Virus record (IMG/VR): IMGVR_UViG_3300011871_000032
DNA length: 64,000 nucleotides
Direction: 5' to 3' (one strand)
Origin: an uncultured virus (IMG/VR IMGVR_UViG_3300011871_000032)
Taxonomy: Duplodnaviria; Heunggongvirae; Uroviricota; Caudoviricetes
Of the stretch, positions 28,440-39,950 are shown in pieces. The notes beneath the pieces were generated by a model. It was not told the DNA's origin and ran no database searches. It saw only the letters and a program-made list of their open reading frames with translations. Numbering within the stretch: position 1 is the stretch's first letter; every line of letters begins with the position of its first letter. Both the position numbers and the translations under genes were made by a program.

Positions 28440-30932
28440 TTAACCTTTTTTTGCTATTCTAACTTCTTTTTGTTTTTTTATTAACCATTCCATTGCCTGC
28501 ATTGGAGACATATTGTTAATATCAAGCTCAGCAAGTTCATTATCAATTTCAGATGATGTTATAACTTTGTTCTCTTTCTTTTCAAGCTTTTTAAGCTTAT
28601 CTCTTGCATTAAATAATATCTCACTATTCAATCCGGCAAGCTCAGCAACATGAATACCATAACTTTTATTCGTTGCTCCATCTTCTATTAAATGTGTGAA
28701 TACTATTCCGTTACCCTGATCTATTGCTGATACATGTAGATTTTTCATATTTTCATAAAGATTAGGAAGCTCTGTCATTTCTAAATAATGTGTAGCAAAT
28801 AAAGTGAAAGATTTACTTTTGTTTCCTAAATATTCTGTAACACTCCACGCTAAAGATAAACCATCATAAGTTGCTGTTCCTCGACCTAATTCATCAAGAA
28901 GAATTAGACTTTTTTCTGTTGCATTATTCGTTATATAAGCTGTTTCACTCATTTCTACCATAAAAGTAGACATACCATTAGCTATATCATCATTCGCTCC
29001 TATACGAGTGAATATAGCGTCTATATCAGGCACGTTGAATGCTGTAGCAGGGACAAATGAACCAATATGAGCTAACACTACTAATAATGCTAACTGACGC
29101 ATTACTGTTGATTTACCACCCATATTAGGACCTGTTATAATACCTACATTTTTATGTTGATCTAGATACAATGTATTTGGAACAAAGTTCTTATTATTTA
29201 TTTCAATAACAGGATGACGACCATTAACCATTTCAATTTTATTTTCATCATTAAATATTGGCCTAACATAGTTGTAAGTATCAGCCATCTCAGCAAAAGC
29301 ACTTAATACATCCCACTCCGCAAGTATTTTAGCTTGTTTTTGTAACATGCTTACATAAGGTTGCAGTTTACTTAAAAGTTCTTCGTAAAGAATCTTTTCT
29401 CTTGCTAACCCTCTCTCTTTTGATGACAATGCTTTCTGCTCATACTCTTTTAATTCTTTAGTTATATATCTTTCACTACTTTTTAATGTTTGTTTTCTTT
29501 GGTAGTGAGCTGGAACTTTATCTAAATGAGATTGTGAAACAGCAATATAAAATCCTTGCTGACTATTAAACTCTACTTTTAGATTAGGAATATTTGTGCT
29601 TATTTTTTCTTTGGCTTCAAAATCTTTTAAATATTGACTATGCCCTTGACTCATTTGACGACATTCATCAAGCTCAGCATCGACACCATTAGCAATAACA
29701 TCACCATCTCTTACCCATACTTTTGTTTCCTCTAATAAGTATTTTTCAAGTATTTTGTTTATACCTTCTGATGGTAACGAATGTGATAAAAATCCTTTCA
29801 GACTATGAGGCATCTTTTCTGACCATGCAGCAAGTTTTGGCATACCACGTAATGTATCTCTTAATGCTGTTAGCTCTCTTGGTCTAACTGTTCTTAATGA
29901 TATTTTTGTTGCTACCCTTTCAATATCACACCAATCACTTGCTATCCCTTTCCAACTTAAATAAGGTTTTTCTTGGCTTTTTAAATAATCGACCCTATCA
30001 AATCTTGATTTGATAACATCTCTATCTTTTATAGGATTATTCAACCAATCCTTTAATGCCCTTGAACCCATTGCAGTAGAACACTTATCCATTATATTCC
30101 ATAGAGTGTCTTTATTATTGCTAGATGTTATTTCCAAGTGTTTTTTTGTATTGCTATCTAATTGTATATAATCTTCATTACGTACCCATTTTATATTTTG
30201 AAAATGTTTTACTTCTGTGCATTGAGTTTCTTCTAAATAAGCAACAAGATTATCATCGACCAAACCATATTTTTGAATATAATGCTGACCAAATTTATTT
30301 GTCATATTATGATGAGCAATATCTTTATCAAATGACCATTCAGGTATTTTCTTAACAGATATATGATCAGGGAAATAGAAATAAGAATCCTGCCTTTCAG
30401 ATATAATTATTTCACTAATATCTAACTTAGATATTTCTGTAAGACTCTTAGAAAATGGATATTTATTACACCAAATCTCACCAGATGAAAAGTTAATCCA
30501 AGCAATATAAACATTATCTCTTTTCTTATAAACAGATGCTAAATATTTTGTTTCTTTATCTTCAAGTATTCCACTATCTAGAATAGTTCCCGGCGTTATT
30601 ATTTTTGTTACTTTTCGTGGCATTATACCTTTTTCAGTCGTTGGCATTTGCTCACATATAACAACAGAACAACCTTTTTTTACCGCTTTATTTAAATAAG
30701 ATTCGGCAGCATGAAAAGGAATACCCGCCATCTCTATCGGCACTCCATCTACACTTCCTCTTTTTGTTAATGTAATACCTAACACTTTTGAAGCTCTAAC
30801 AGCATCTTCTAAAAACATTTCATAAAAATCTCCCATACGATAAAAAATAATTTTATCAGGATGCTCATTCTTTATTTTTAAATATTGCTGCATCATGGGA
30901 GTATGTTTTTTTATTTGTTCTTCAGTGTACAT
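28440..30932 (-). CDS. mutS: DNA mismatch repair protein MutS (MutS1)
   Basis: [53 protein letters not shown]. Confidence 0.95.
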   Translation of the reverse strand: MYTEEQIKKHTPMMQQYLKIKNEHPDKIIFYRMGDFYEMFLEDAVRASKVLGITLTKRGSVDGVPIEMAGIPFHAAESYLNKAVKKGCSVVICEQMPTTEKGIMPRKVTKIITPGTILDSGILEDKETKYLASVYKKRDNVYIAWINFSSGEIWCNKYPFSKSLTEISKLDISEIIISERQDSYFYFPDHISVKKIPEWSFDKDIAHHNMTNKFGQHYIQKYGLVDDNLVAYLEETQCTEVKHFQNIKWVRNEDYIQLDSNTKKHLEITSSNNKDTLWNIMDKCSTAMGSRALKDWLNNPIKDRDVIKSRFDRVDYLKSQEKPYLSWKGIASDWCDIERVATKISLRTVRPRELTALRDTLRGMPKLAAWSEKMPHSLKGFLSHSLPSEGINKILEKYLLEETKVWVRDGDVIANGVDAELDECRQMSQGHSQYLKDFEAKEKISTNIPNLKVEFNSQQGFYIAVSQSHLDKVPAHYQRKQTLKSSERYITKELKEYEQKALSSKERGLAREKILYEELLSKLQPYVSMLQKQAKILAEWDVLSAFAEMADTYNYVRPIFNDENKIEMVNGRHPVIEINNKNFVPNTLYLDQHKNVGIITGPNMGGKSTVMRQLALLVVLAHIGSFVPATAFNVPDIDAIFTRIGANDDIANGMSTFMVEMSETAYITNNATEKSLILLDELGRGTATYDGLSLAWSVTEYLGNKSKSFTLFATHYLEMTELPNLYENMKNLHVSAIDQGNGIVFTHLIEDGATNKSYGIHVAELAGLNSEILFNARDKLKKLEKKENKVITSSEIDNELAELDINNMSPMQAMEWLIKKQKEVRIAKKG

Positions 30933-31196
30933 TTTAAATCCTTATTATTTAGACATCTATCAATGATATACGCTCTACTATAAAATTTCAATATTTTAAT
31001 ATTTTAACAAAAAGATATTTATATGCTTAATTAAATGTATATGTAATATAAAAAACTCAATATATTGATTTATTTAACCTAACATCACCGTTAGGTAAAT
31101 GAAAACCTATATTTATAGCTATAAAACTTGACTTTAATGTAATATGTTAAAAAAATAAAAATGTGAATAAATTTAAATCATTTATAAGGAGGAAAA

Positions 31197-32129
31197 ATGA
31201 AAATCAGAAATAAAGGATTTAGTTTACTTGAATTAATATTGGTATTAGGAGCTATATTTATATTAGTTGCTGGCGCTTTTTTACTTTATAAAAAAGTTGA
31301 GGAAAATGTAAGAGTAAAAAATGAATCTCAGTTTGTTAATAAACTTAAAGTTGATGTTATTAACTTTTATGATAATCAAACAACGTATGAACAAATTAGT
31401 AGTAAAACGCTTATTGCCTATAACTTAATTGATTCTCAAAATATTCAAGGAGATACTATTAAGGATTCATTAGGGACAAGCTTTGATGCTAATAGTTATA
31501 ACGGAGGGACAGGATTTAGCTTTATTATTAAAGGTATTTCTCAATCAAGCTGTATGAAGCTGCTACCTTATGTTTCATCAAGCTTTAGTCAAATAAATGA
31601 AAAAACGTCTTCTAATATAAAACCAGAAAATTATGGCGATATATGTCAGGATGGCACATTAACTTTAACTTATAGTGATATTATAAAAAAATCATTTAAT
31701 ACAGGTATTGGCATGAATGGTATTAATGTTGAAACCTTCCCCGATAAGTTTAATCGAGATAATACGTTATCTATAGCTGGAAATGATTTTAATATGAAAA
31801 TTACAGAATCTAATCAAGGTGATAGTTTAGTTAATTATATTTCTAAAGAGTTAGGAATATCTGATCAGATTAAAACAAATACAAGTAGCACAGGTTATAC
31901 AAACTCCACTTGTGGTGCTTTTTCTAACTCATCAACATGTGGTAATATTAGTGTAGATAAAATACTCAACGCTATTTTATCCGCTCCTGATTCTGTAAAA
32001 GAAGGTGCCAAACTGACTATGGGAACAAATGTTAGTAAAGAAAATGTTAATGCAATATGTTCTACTTTTTCTTGCTCAACTCAGCTTAACTCTAATGGTT
32101 ATCCTGAAATTGTTGTTGATATTAAGTAA
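31197..32129 (+). CDS. Type IV prepilin-like protein with C-terminal extension
   Basis: NKG|FSLLELILVL, PilS-like domain with Cys pair, extra Cys-containing domain. Confidence 0.82.
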   Translation: MKIRNKGFSLLELILVLGAIFILVAGAFLLYKKVEENVRVKNESQFVNKLKVDVINFYDNQTTYEQISSKTLIAYNLIDSQNIQGDTIKDSLGTSFDANSYNGGTGFSFIIKGISQSSCMKLLPYVSSSFSQINEKTSSNIKPENYGDICQDGTLTLTYSDIIKKSFNTGIGMNGINVETFPDKFNRDNTLSIAGNDFNMKITESNQGDSLVNYISKELGISDQIKTNTSSTGYTNSTCGAFSNSSTCGNISVDKILNAILSAPDSVKEGAKLTMGTNVSKENVNAICSTFSCSTQLNSNGYPEIVVDIK

Positions 32130-32251
32130 CGAATAAAGCCACCTGCAGGTGGCTTTATCAACAACTATTGACGCAAGAGACTTTTTTAAGCTACTCTGCT
32201 TTTAGATAATCATTATAACACAATTTCAATGCTTATCAAATATTTTTAAAT

Positions 32252-32557
32252 TCAGCTATAATCAGGATTATACGTGTTGGTCAAAAGAACAAGATCTGAT
32301 TCATAACCAAAACTTTTACCATCAATAACGCAAAGCTGATTTCCATGTTCGCGCTGTAAAGCTTCAAGCTTATCAATATTACCTTTATTTGAACTCAGAA
32401 AAACAGTTTCAGTTCCTACAACTTTGTCATTTTCAACATAATCCAAAGTCAGACTATTAATGTTTTTCGGCAAAGACTGACCCGGATGAGTTACAAAACT
32501 TGCTACAACTTCGTTACTTTCTTTAGATACTACAGCGTATACGCCAATCATAGTCAT
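32252..32557 (-). CDS. Hypothetical protein
   Basis: AAGGA RBS. Confidence 0.7.
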   Translation of the reverse strand: MTMIGVYAVVSKESNEVVASFVTHPGQSLPKNINSLTLDYVENDKVVGTETVFLSSNKGNIDKLEALQREHGNQLCVIDGKSFGYESDLVLLTNTYNPDYS

Positions 32558-32656
32558 TTTATTTCCTTAGCATGTCATGTAAGATTTTGTATTGTCATTA
32601 TAATAGGTTTAAATATGATACGCAACAAAAAACCACCCGCAGGTGGCTTTTATTTT

Positions 32657-33301
32657 TTAGTGCATGATGTTTAATCCCGGAAGCAGCGCCCTTACACCAT
32701 CTGCTATTAACTCAACTGCTAATGCCATGAGCAATAGGCTTAAAACTTTTGTCAGGATGTTCATACCTGTTACACCTATTACTCTTTTAATTTTATCAGC
32801 ACTTCTCAGTATTTGATAAACAATGAAAGAAATAAACAGTGCCGAAATAATGATATAAAAATAACCTAAAAAACTGTGATATTTACTTGCTGTAACAATC
32901 GCAAGACTCATTGTACCCGGACCTGTAAGCATTGGTATTGTTAAAGGAACAACAGCAATACCTAAACCTCTATTAGCGCTGGCCTCTTTTTCTTCTGGTG
33001 TCTGAATCTTCTGCTCATCTTTTGCCATCATCATATTATAAGATATTGTACTTAAAAGAATACCTCCACCCACTTGGAATGCTGATATACTTATTCCAAA
33101 TACTTTCAGTATAATTTCACCCGCTATAGCTGATACAAATAATACACAAAAAGCACTAACAGCCGTTATTTTTACAACTTTTCTTTTGGATTCCAGATCC
33201 ATATTACTTGTTAATGATAGATATACAGGGATTATAGCAAGCGGATTCATAATCACAAACAATGCTATACATGTTTTTAATAGTTCTGTAGCGTATTCCA
33301 T
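32657..33301 (-). CDS. MarC family integral membrane protein
   Basis: LFVIMNPL, FGISI.AFQVGGGILL, VPLTIP..GPG. Confidence 0.92.
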   Translation of the reverse strand: MEYATELLKTCIALFVIMNPLAIIPVYLSLTSNMDLESKRKVVKITAVSAFCVLFVSAIAGEIILKVFGISISAFQVGGGILLSTISYNMMMAKDEQKIQTPEEKEASANRGLGIAVVPLTIPMLTGPGTMSLAIVTASKYHSFLGYFYIIISALFISFIVYQILRSADKIKRVIGVTGMNILTKVLSLLLMALAVELIADGVRALLPGLNIMH

Positions 33302-33427
33302 TTCTTTTTTAACCTAAATAATAACGTCGATATTGACGAATGCATTTAATACTATTTGTTAAAAAATAACAATAGGTTATTAAAAATAAAAAAAGCTACC
33401 CGAAGGTAGCTTTTTCTTTCTTTTTCT

Positions 33428-33982
33428 TCATTTGGCAAAATCTATTTTTTGACCATCAATCTCAATAATACTTTCAATTTTCTTTTTCACGATATTAACC
33501 TTGTAATAATCAGAAAAAATAGAAAACTCATTATTATTATGTAAAACTTTCATAATATTATCAACAGTTAACTTGGATTGTAAATCTTTTACCGATTTAT
33601 ATAATCCGGCAATATCTTTATTTCGATTATAAGCCTTCCTTACTTTCAGATAACTTACATAAATCTTTAGACCATCCTTTAATCTTTCTTCATAGTCATT
33701 TCTTTTCTTATCAATACTGAATCCATCATTAACATAAAATACTCCAGCATTTAATGATAGTGAACTACTCATGAAAGTTACAGAGTATTGGTCAGTGTCA
33801 TCATAACGTTTTTTGGAAGCTTCAATCTTATCTAAAAAGGTTTTTACTGTTCCATAAGCGCCTGTTATACTCGCTATTAAATCAGAATAATTTATTACGT
33901 TTTCTTTTAGATATTGGGAATTATTTTCTTTATTCTGTACAATATTCTTCCACAAACTATTTACCTGAACTTGAGTTACCAT
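33428..33982 (-). CDS. Hypothetical protein
   Basis: GAGGAG RBS. Confidence 0.7.
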   Translation of the reverse strand: MVTQVQVNSLWKNIVQNKENNSQYLKENVINYSDLIASITGAYGTVKTFLDKIEASKKRYDDTDQYSVTFMSSSLSLNAGVFYVNDGFSIDKKRNDYEERLKDGLKIYVSYLKVRKAYNRNKDIAGLYKSVKDLQSKLTVDNIMKVLHNNNEFSIFSDYYKVNIVKKKIESIIEIDGQKIDFAK

Positions 33983-34093
33983 GCATTACTCCTCATATAG
34001 GATTGTATTCATATTCTAGCATTTTCCTTTTTCATGTACAACAAAAAAGCCACCGAAAGGCAGCTTTTATTTACATATTTATTTTAAACGTTA

Positions 34094-34285
34094 TTATAGT
34101 ATTACATTATATGTATTTAAAATTTTTCTAGCAAGCTCAATAGCATGTTCTTTACTTAAAGAATATTGTCCTGTTCCATAAATATCGCTTCCTGATGGAT
34201 CGTATAATTCTACTTCATTGGTGTTAATATCTACTTGTGTTTCACCTTCTTCATCTTTCATAACAAAAGAAGCTAAATTAACCAT
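34094..34285 (-). CDS. Small hypothetical protein
   Basis: GGAG RBS. Confidence 0.65.
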   Translation of the reverse strand: MVNLASFVMKDEEGETQVDINTNEVELYDPSGSDIYGTGQYSLSKEHAIELARKILNTYNVIL

Positions 34286-34303
34286 TTTTGTATCTCCAAT
34301 ATT

Positions 34304-35038
34304 TTAATAACCTTTATAACCAACATATGAATCATACTTAAAAATGACATTTCTATTTTCATCACGCCCAAAGTTTTGGCGCATAGTATTAAACATTTCC
34401 CCAATATCATCAAAAAGATTGCTGGTGTGTTCACCTAAAATGTAATGAACATAACCTTTTTGTTTGGTGGTATCTTTCTTTTTAGCTTTCCAAAGTTCGC
34501 CATTTACAAATTCTGTTAAATAGTATTCACCAGTTAGATTACCTGATCTTGTCTCCCTTTGAATATAATCTTTGTAATATTCCTTACAATGCTCTAAGAC
34601 TTCTTCTTTTGAATCATATTCACCACAAGCATCATAATACTTTCCTTCATGCTTATAAAGGATATGAGAGAAGCCACAACATTCTCCAACAAAATCTAAT
34701 CTTTCACATTCGTTTTTAGAATCAAAAATCTCTGGAACATTTTCCCTGTCTTTACGACCCAATGAAAGAATCAGGAATCCACTGTTTTCATTACCAAAAT
34801 AAAGATCTAAAAGGCTAGCAAAATAACCACATCCACCTTTCATAAAAGCTGTCGTCTCGCTTTTATCTGCTTTAGAAAAATATGATACAAATGAAGAGAT
34901 ATCTTTGTTATTTGAAGCAATGCGACAAAGCGTATCGTAAGATTGTGCGAAACTTTCAACCTCACTCTTCAAAACAGAGCGACCAATAGAACGCAAGATA
35001 AAACGAAAATATTTTTTAGCTTCATCACAAGTAAACAT
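34304..35038 (-). CDS. Hypothetical protein, possible Cys-His-Asp triad
   Basis: FMKGGCGYFA, SHI, YYDACG; similar to 6566..7084. Confidence 0.6.
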   Translation of the reverse strand: MFTCDEAKKYFRFILRSIGRSVLKSEVESFAQSYDTLCRIASNNKDISSFVSYFSKADKSETTAFMKGGCGYFASLLDLYFGNENSGFLILSLGRKDRENVPEIFDSKNECERLDFVGECCGFSHILYKHEGKYYDACGEYDSKEEVLEHCKEYYKDYIQRETRSGNLTGEYYLTEFVNGELWKAKKKDTTKQKGYVHYILGEHTSNLFDDIGEMFNTMRQNFGRDENRNVIFKYDSYVGYKGY

Positions 35039-35086
35039 TACTATATCCTCATAAGATTATGTATAGATTATACGACAATATTGTGT

Positions 35087-35518
35087 TTACATCAAGCCCT
35101 GATTTCTATATTCTTTCACTTTTTTAAAGAATGTCATAATTCTATTATATGCTTCCATTTGAGCTACTCCCTCTGATTTAACTTTTAGATATAGCTTATC
35201 GTCTTGGGTGATATTAAAAATTTCATTGGCAAGTTTCGCATTTTGTTTTTGAGCATAATCAAAGATCATAGCAAGATTTCGGTAATCTTCCTCTGTAAGT
35301 TCATCTACAAGCTCTGGTTCTGTTTGAGAGTGAGTAAACAACTTCGCATACATTAAGAAAACAGCCCGATCATGCTTATCTCTTGTATCAATTATTTTTT
35401 TAGTCAGTTCATCTGAGTAGCTTAAAAGAATCGCTTTATCACATTTTTTAATATAATTATCAAGATAAGATACCAGCATCGGTTTTACTACATCAATATC
35501 AGCTTTATTAAGAAGCAT
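35087..35518 (-). CDS. Hypothetical protein
   Basis: GAGGA RBS. Confidence 0.7.
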   Translation of the reverse strand: MLLNKADIDVVKPMLVSYLDNYIKKCDKAILLSYSDELTKKIIDTRDKHDRAVFLMYAKLFTHSQTEPELVDELTEEDYRNLAMIFDYAQKQNAKLANEIFNITQDDKLYLKVKSEGVAQMEAYNRIMTFFKKVKEYRNQGLM

Positions 35519-35574
35519 ATTATATCCTCATTAGTTTTTTCTTATTCTAGCATCTTTTCTTTTTCGTTACAATG

Positions 35575-36609
35575 TTAATCGTTTACTTTTAAAAATGATT
35601 TAATATTACTTACAACATTATCTTTATTATATTCGTGCATTTCTATTTTCTTTAATTTTGCCGTAAACATGTTTTCATTAAATAACATTAGATTTTCTTT
35701 TATTTTTAAATATTGATCTCGTTTAAAAGAATCTCCAGTATATTCATAAACTGAGCTATTTATGGTTATTTTAGGTTTTAAATCATAAAATGATAACGCT
35801 AATATTAAATCATTAATATCTTCTATTTCTGGCGCTTTACACCCTGTTTTATTACTTATTTCATTAACTAATGTATTCGGCATAATTACTAATGGACAAA
35901 TAACAATATTTTCCTCAATATTATATCTTTCTTTTATTATTTTCACATCATTAATAATTGTTTGTAATGATTCTTTATTATTAAGGAATGGTATTCCATA
36001 CATTAAAAATACGCGAGGTATATATCCATAAGCCTTTAGATTGTTTATAGCATTAGATAAATCATTTTCAGAGAAATTAGATAATATTGCATATTCTCTT
36101 AAAAAAGTGTCCATTGTTTGAACACCCATAGCAACATGTAGTTTTATATTAGGGCAAGCATCTTTAAAACTTTGCAGTTTTTGTTCTGTTATGGTTTGCG
36201 GTAGACTCTCAACAACAAAATGAGAGATATCAAGATTAGATATATAGGAATATATTTTATTTCTTAAATCAGGAGATATTTCATTATCAGCAAAGAAATT
36301 ACCATTATGATATAATGTAAGCATATCATATTTTTCTTTTTTACAACCCGAACTATTTAACTGCTCAAAAACATATTTATCATCAATACTTGTTGATATT
36401 CCATCATTAGGAAATGGACACATAGAGCATACTTTTACCTTACAGCTTTTATAATTTAAAGAAACTCTTTTTCTTTTTAATACTTTTCCAGAAACTATTA
36501 CTGTATCGTTTACAACAGTATCTGCAATATTAATATCTTTATTTTGTTCAACTATCCCCTTTCTTGATAATAAGGATTTCTTTTTCAGTTCTTTTAATAT
36601 TGTATTCAT
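35575..36609 (-). CDS. Radical SAM protein, RaSEA-like
   Basis: CxxxxCxxC (CKVKVCSMC), NGNFF..EI, VES.P, VAMGVQT. Confidence 0.7.
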   Translation of the reverse strand: MNTILKELKKKSLLSRKGIVEQNKDINIADTVVNDTVIVSGKVLKRKRVSLNYKSCKVKVCSMCPFPNDGISTSIDDKYVFEQLNSSGCKKEKYDMLTLYHNGNFFADNEISPDLRNKIYSYISNLDISHFVVESLPQTITEQKLQSFKDACPNIKLHVAMGVQTMDTFLREYAILSNFSENDLSNAINNLKAYGYIPRVFLMYGIPFLNNKESLQTIINDVKIIKERYNIEENIVICPLVIMPNTLVNEISNKTGCKAPEIEDINDLILALSFYDLKPKITINSSVYEYTGDSFKRDQYLKIKENLMLFNENMFTAKLKKIEMHEYNKDNVVSNIKSFLKVND

Positions 36610-36697
36610 AACTTATATCCCTTAAATAATAAATTATAACACAACTTGTTATTTTTATCTTTGACCAAAATCAAAAAGGTGGCCCAGCCACCTTTAT

Positions 36698-37045
36698 TTA
36701 ATATTTAGCAAAAGAAACGCCTTTTTTTACTCGCTCACAAATATCTCGATAGTTTTCAACTTTTTCATATCTTGAACCATCAGCATTCTCATATGTAACA
36801 AGCTCGAAGCCCCATACGCTATTAATAGGAATATCCCGCCATGTATTACAGTGCTTGGAAACATAAAGCCTATTCCATACATAGCCTGTTTTAACGTCTT
36901 TAATCGTGATATAAACATGTTTAGGCTGATCAAGATCAAGTAGTTCATATTGTCTGTATTCACGAGAAACTTCTTTTGCTGGCTCTACATGATCGCAACC
37001 TGACAAAAATAAAATCATACTTAATACTATAAATATATTTTTCAT
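36698..37045 (-). CDS. Lipoprotein
   Basis: Lipobox LSGC. Confidence 0.8.
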   Translation of the reverse strand: MKNIFIVLSMILFLSGCDHVEPAKEVSREYRQYELLDLDQPKHVYITIKDVKTGYVWNRLYVSKHCNTWRDIPINSVWGFELVTYENADGSRYEKVENYRDICERVKKGVSFAKY

Positions 37046-37096
37046 TTGTTTCCTTTATCTTCTTTTATATGAAAAACCGCCCGAAGGCGGCATTTA

Positions 37097-37651
37097 TTAT
37101 GGATTCAGTTCAAGCCATACACTGTAGTATGTTTCCAGTTTTTCACTGGTATAGCCATCAAGTTCTTTTTTACGTTGTGATACCAAATCTTCTTTTTTAA
37201 CATTTGTTTCTTTTGCCAGTTTGGTTTCCAAATACCAATCTTCAAACGAATCAAGTTTAATCGTCAGTTCGTGGGCGATTTTGTTAATATTATCTTTGGT
37301 ATACTCTTTTACAGCTTTTGCTTTAAAACTTGCTTCCACAGATACAATTTCAAATACATCATTTGGCACTTCTCTTGGGGATTTTTCAGACAAGAATTTT
37401 ACAGTTTTAAAAAGCTTGATTTTAGCTTCTTCTTCAGTATTAAAACGAAGAACCTTTCCACTATCATATTCATAATTACAAACAGCTTCGTCAACTAAAT
37501 TCCAAAAGCCATTATCAAGATAAGCTTCATTAAAAAGATGACCTACATGTTCTACATCTTTCAGAAAATGCGTTTTTTTGCCTTTCAGACGGATAACAAA
37601 AAATTTCTCACTACCAGACATAGGAATCGTTTTTTCAGCTTTACTTGCCAT
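37097..37651 (-). CDS. Hypothetical protein
   Basis: ORF with RBS and promoter. Confidence 0.7.
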   Translation of the reverse strand: MASKAEKTIPMSGSEKFFVIRLKGKKTHFLKDVEHVGHLFNEAYLDNGFWNLVDEAVCNYEYDSGKVLRFNTEEEAKIKLFKTVKFLSEKSPREVPNDVFEIVSVEASFKAKAVKEYTKDNINKIAHELTIKLDSFEDWYLETKLAKETNVKKEDLVSQRKKELDGYTSEKLETYYSVWLELNP

Positions 37652-37720
37652 TTTATACACCTTTCAGTTAGCTAATTAATTAAACTAAGTATACTCTTTT
37701 GTCATCTTATGCACAAGCTT

Positions 37721-38317
37721 TTATAGTGATTTTTGCGTGCTCTCTACAGGTACAAAATCAGTTGGAAGATTGTATTTCTTATCCCATCCAAGACCTGAAA
37801 TAAGATCAGCGATTTCTTCTTTAACTGTCGAAGCGAAGTTGTTTTTTATAAAATTATCAAATGCTTTTTTGTGAGGATAGTTAATAAAGTGAATTGGCAT
37901 AACAGCTATAATTTCGCTCATAAAATGTTCTGCTTTTGAAAAGCCTTTTACAGCTTCTTGCATAAGCTCTGGCGAAATAGAGATAGCCATTAAATGTGTA
38001 ACTTGTTTTTCTGTTTGATGTGACGAGACAAGCTTTGCACTTTTTAGCTCGCTCTCATTAAGCATCAAACCAATTTCTTCAAAGCATTCACGCTCTACAG
38101 CATCTTTTAGGCTTTCACCTTCTTCTACTTCTCCACCAACAAAACCTTGCTGACCATCCCAACGCTGAAGCATTAATACCAATGGTATAACAGTCTGTTT
38201 TGCTTCCTCAGAAATACCTTCGTAGTTTTTCCATACTTGGCTTTCAGTGGTTAACGCTACAAAAACAGCCTGTTTCTGATTTTCTGGATTAGAACCAAGT
38301 TCAATAGGCTTAAGCAT
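37721..38317 (-). CDS. Nudix hydrolase, NUDT16-like
   Basis: LMLQRWDGQQGFVGG plus Nudix box GEVEEGESLKDAVERECFEEIG. Confidence 0.85.
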   Translation of the reverse strand: MLKPIELGSNPENQKQAVFVALTTESQVWKNYEGISEEAKQTVIPLVLMLQRWDGQQGFVGGEVEEGESLKDAVERECFEEIGLMLNESELKSAKLVSSHQTEKQVTHLMAISISPELMQEAVKGFSKAEHFMSEIIAVMPIHFINYPHKKAFDNFIKNNFASTVKEEIADLISGLGWDKKYNLPTDFVPVESTQKSL

Positions 38318-38425
38318 AATAGTTTCCAATAAGATTGTTTATATATTGTCATTATAATGAAGGTAAAGATTAAGTACAAGCTCTTTAACAAAAAAGACCG
38401 CATAGCGGCCTTTTATTTTTAAAAT

Positions 38426-39094
38426 TTAGAATAAATGGTATTCTTGTTCAAGGAATCCTTTTGCTTCTACTTTTTCTGTCCCGATACTACTGATAAAGTT
38501 ACGATCTTCTGTTACCTTACCTTCAAGTTTATTGAAGACAGCATGAGAAAAACTTTTGAAGGTTCCTTTATCATTTAATACACCTACAAAACGATAGAAA
38601 TATCCCTGATGCCCTTCAAGCATTACAAAACCTTCTGATTCCATTACTTCAACCAGTTTCTTTTCTTGTTCAGATGTTAGTTTTTTGATTTTAAAGCTAA
38701 CTACGCGCAAAGTATCAAAGTCAACAAGTCCTTTTAATTCTTCCAATGCCTTAACAGACAGCTTATTAATTTTTTCCTGTAACGCTTTTTTAGCTTCTCG
38801 ACGATCATCAAGACCAACATAGATTTTTCGTTCAAGTTCAACAAGATGATTTCTCAATGCACCAAGCTCTTTTGACATACTTTTCGGTGTTACGACTTGA
38901 TTCTTAAGCGCCTGAATAACATCCAGAAGCTGAACACCTTCTTCTTCGCCATACTTATCTTGTTTTAGGCCAAATACTTCTACGTTATCAAATAGTTTCT
39001 CATCCATCTCTTCAGACAGAGACTTACGTAAATCTTCAACAGCCTTATGATAACTGGAACGCTTTGAACGCAGCAACTCTAATAATTCTTTCAT
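38426..39094 (-). CDS. Hypothetical coiled-coil protein
   Basis: 222 aa ORF. Confidence 0.75.
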   Translation of the reverse strand: MKELLELLRSKRSSYHKAVEDLRKSLSEEMDEKLFDNVEVFGLKQDKYGEEEGVQLLDVIQALKNQVVTPKSMSKELGALRNHLVELERKIYVGLDDRREAKKALQEKINKLSVKALEELKGLVDFDTLRVVSFKIKKLTSEQEKKLVEVMESEGFVMLEGHQGYFYRFVGVLNDKGTFKSFSHAVFNKLEGKVTEDRNFISSIGTEKVEAKGFLEQEYHLF

Positions 39095-39158
39095 TTTTTA
39101 ACCTTATTTTTAAAAGATGAGGTGATTATAGCAATAAAAATTATCTAAAACAACAACT

Positions 39159-39458
39159 TTATGCTGCCCATTCGTTTATGGTGATATCAAGCTGACTATT
39201 AATGGATATTTCTTGATTTTTTTCTATTGATGACAAAAGATGTGATATGTTTTTGTTTCTAAGCTCCAAAAAAGTTGTAACAATACTTGTTTTTCTTAAT
39301 CTTTTTTCTGATTTATTTACTTTTATTGCCAACTTTTTTACTAACTCTTTTTTTAATAAATCATAGTTTTCATTAAGTGCTGAATCAATGATTTCATAAA
39401 GAATATTCTGCCATCCACCAGATTCTTTTTTAAGTAATACACTGATTGAAAGCTTCAT
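39159..39458 (-). CDS. Hypothetical protein
   Basis: GAGGA RBS. Confidence 0.6.
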   Translation of the reverse strand: MKLSISVLLKKESGGWQNILYEIIDSALNENYDLLKKELVKKLAIKVNKSEKRLRKTSIVTTFLELRNKNISHLLSSIEKNQEISINSQLDITINEWAA

Positions 39459-39609
39459 TATTTTATTTCCTCTATGATTTTCTATTAATGATTATATCAA
39501 ACATAGAGTGATTCACAAATACGATTTTTTTATAAGTTATCCAATAAAAGGATATAAAAAGCCACCCGGAGGTGGCCTTAAGATTTACTCATAATCTTGA
39601 AATATAATA

Positions 39610-39915
39610 TTATTGGTCAAATACTCCACGACTAAACAGACCAAAACCATATTCGGAACCTAACAGGCGCTCCAGAACCATCGCTTCTTCTTCACCGATT
39701 TCACGAATTTCAAAGTTATCGATACTTACATCATCATCTTGAGTATAGAAAGAATCAATAAGCTCAAACTCTTGACTATCTTCAAAAAGCTCATTAATAC
39801 CCTTCTTGATAAGCTTTTCTACTTCTTTGCGAGTTGTATCTTTAAAAATTTTAAAATCTTCCATATCATGATCGTTTACAGAGATACGAGATTTAACCAA
39901 GAAAATGCCTTTCAT
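39610..39915 (-). CDS. Hypothetical acidic protein
   Basis: AAGGT RBS. Confidence 0.7.
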   Translation of the reverse strand: MKGIFLVKSRISVNDHDMEDFKIFKDTTRKEVEKLIKKGINELFEDSQEFELIDSFYTQDDDVSIDNFEIREIGEEEAMVLERLLGSEYGFGLFSRGVFDQ

Positions 39916-39950
39916 ATTTATTTACCTTATCTGTTTAAATTTATGAAATA

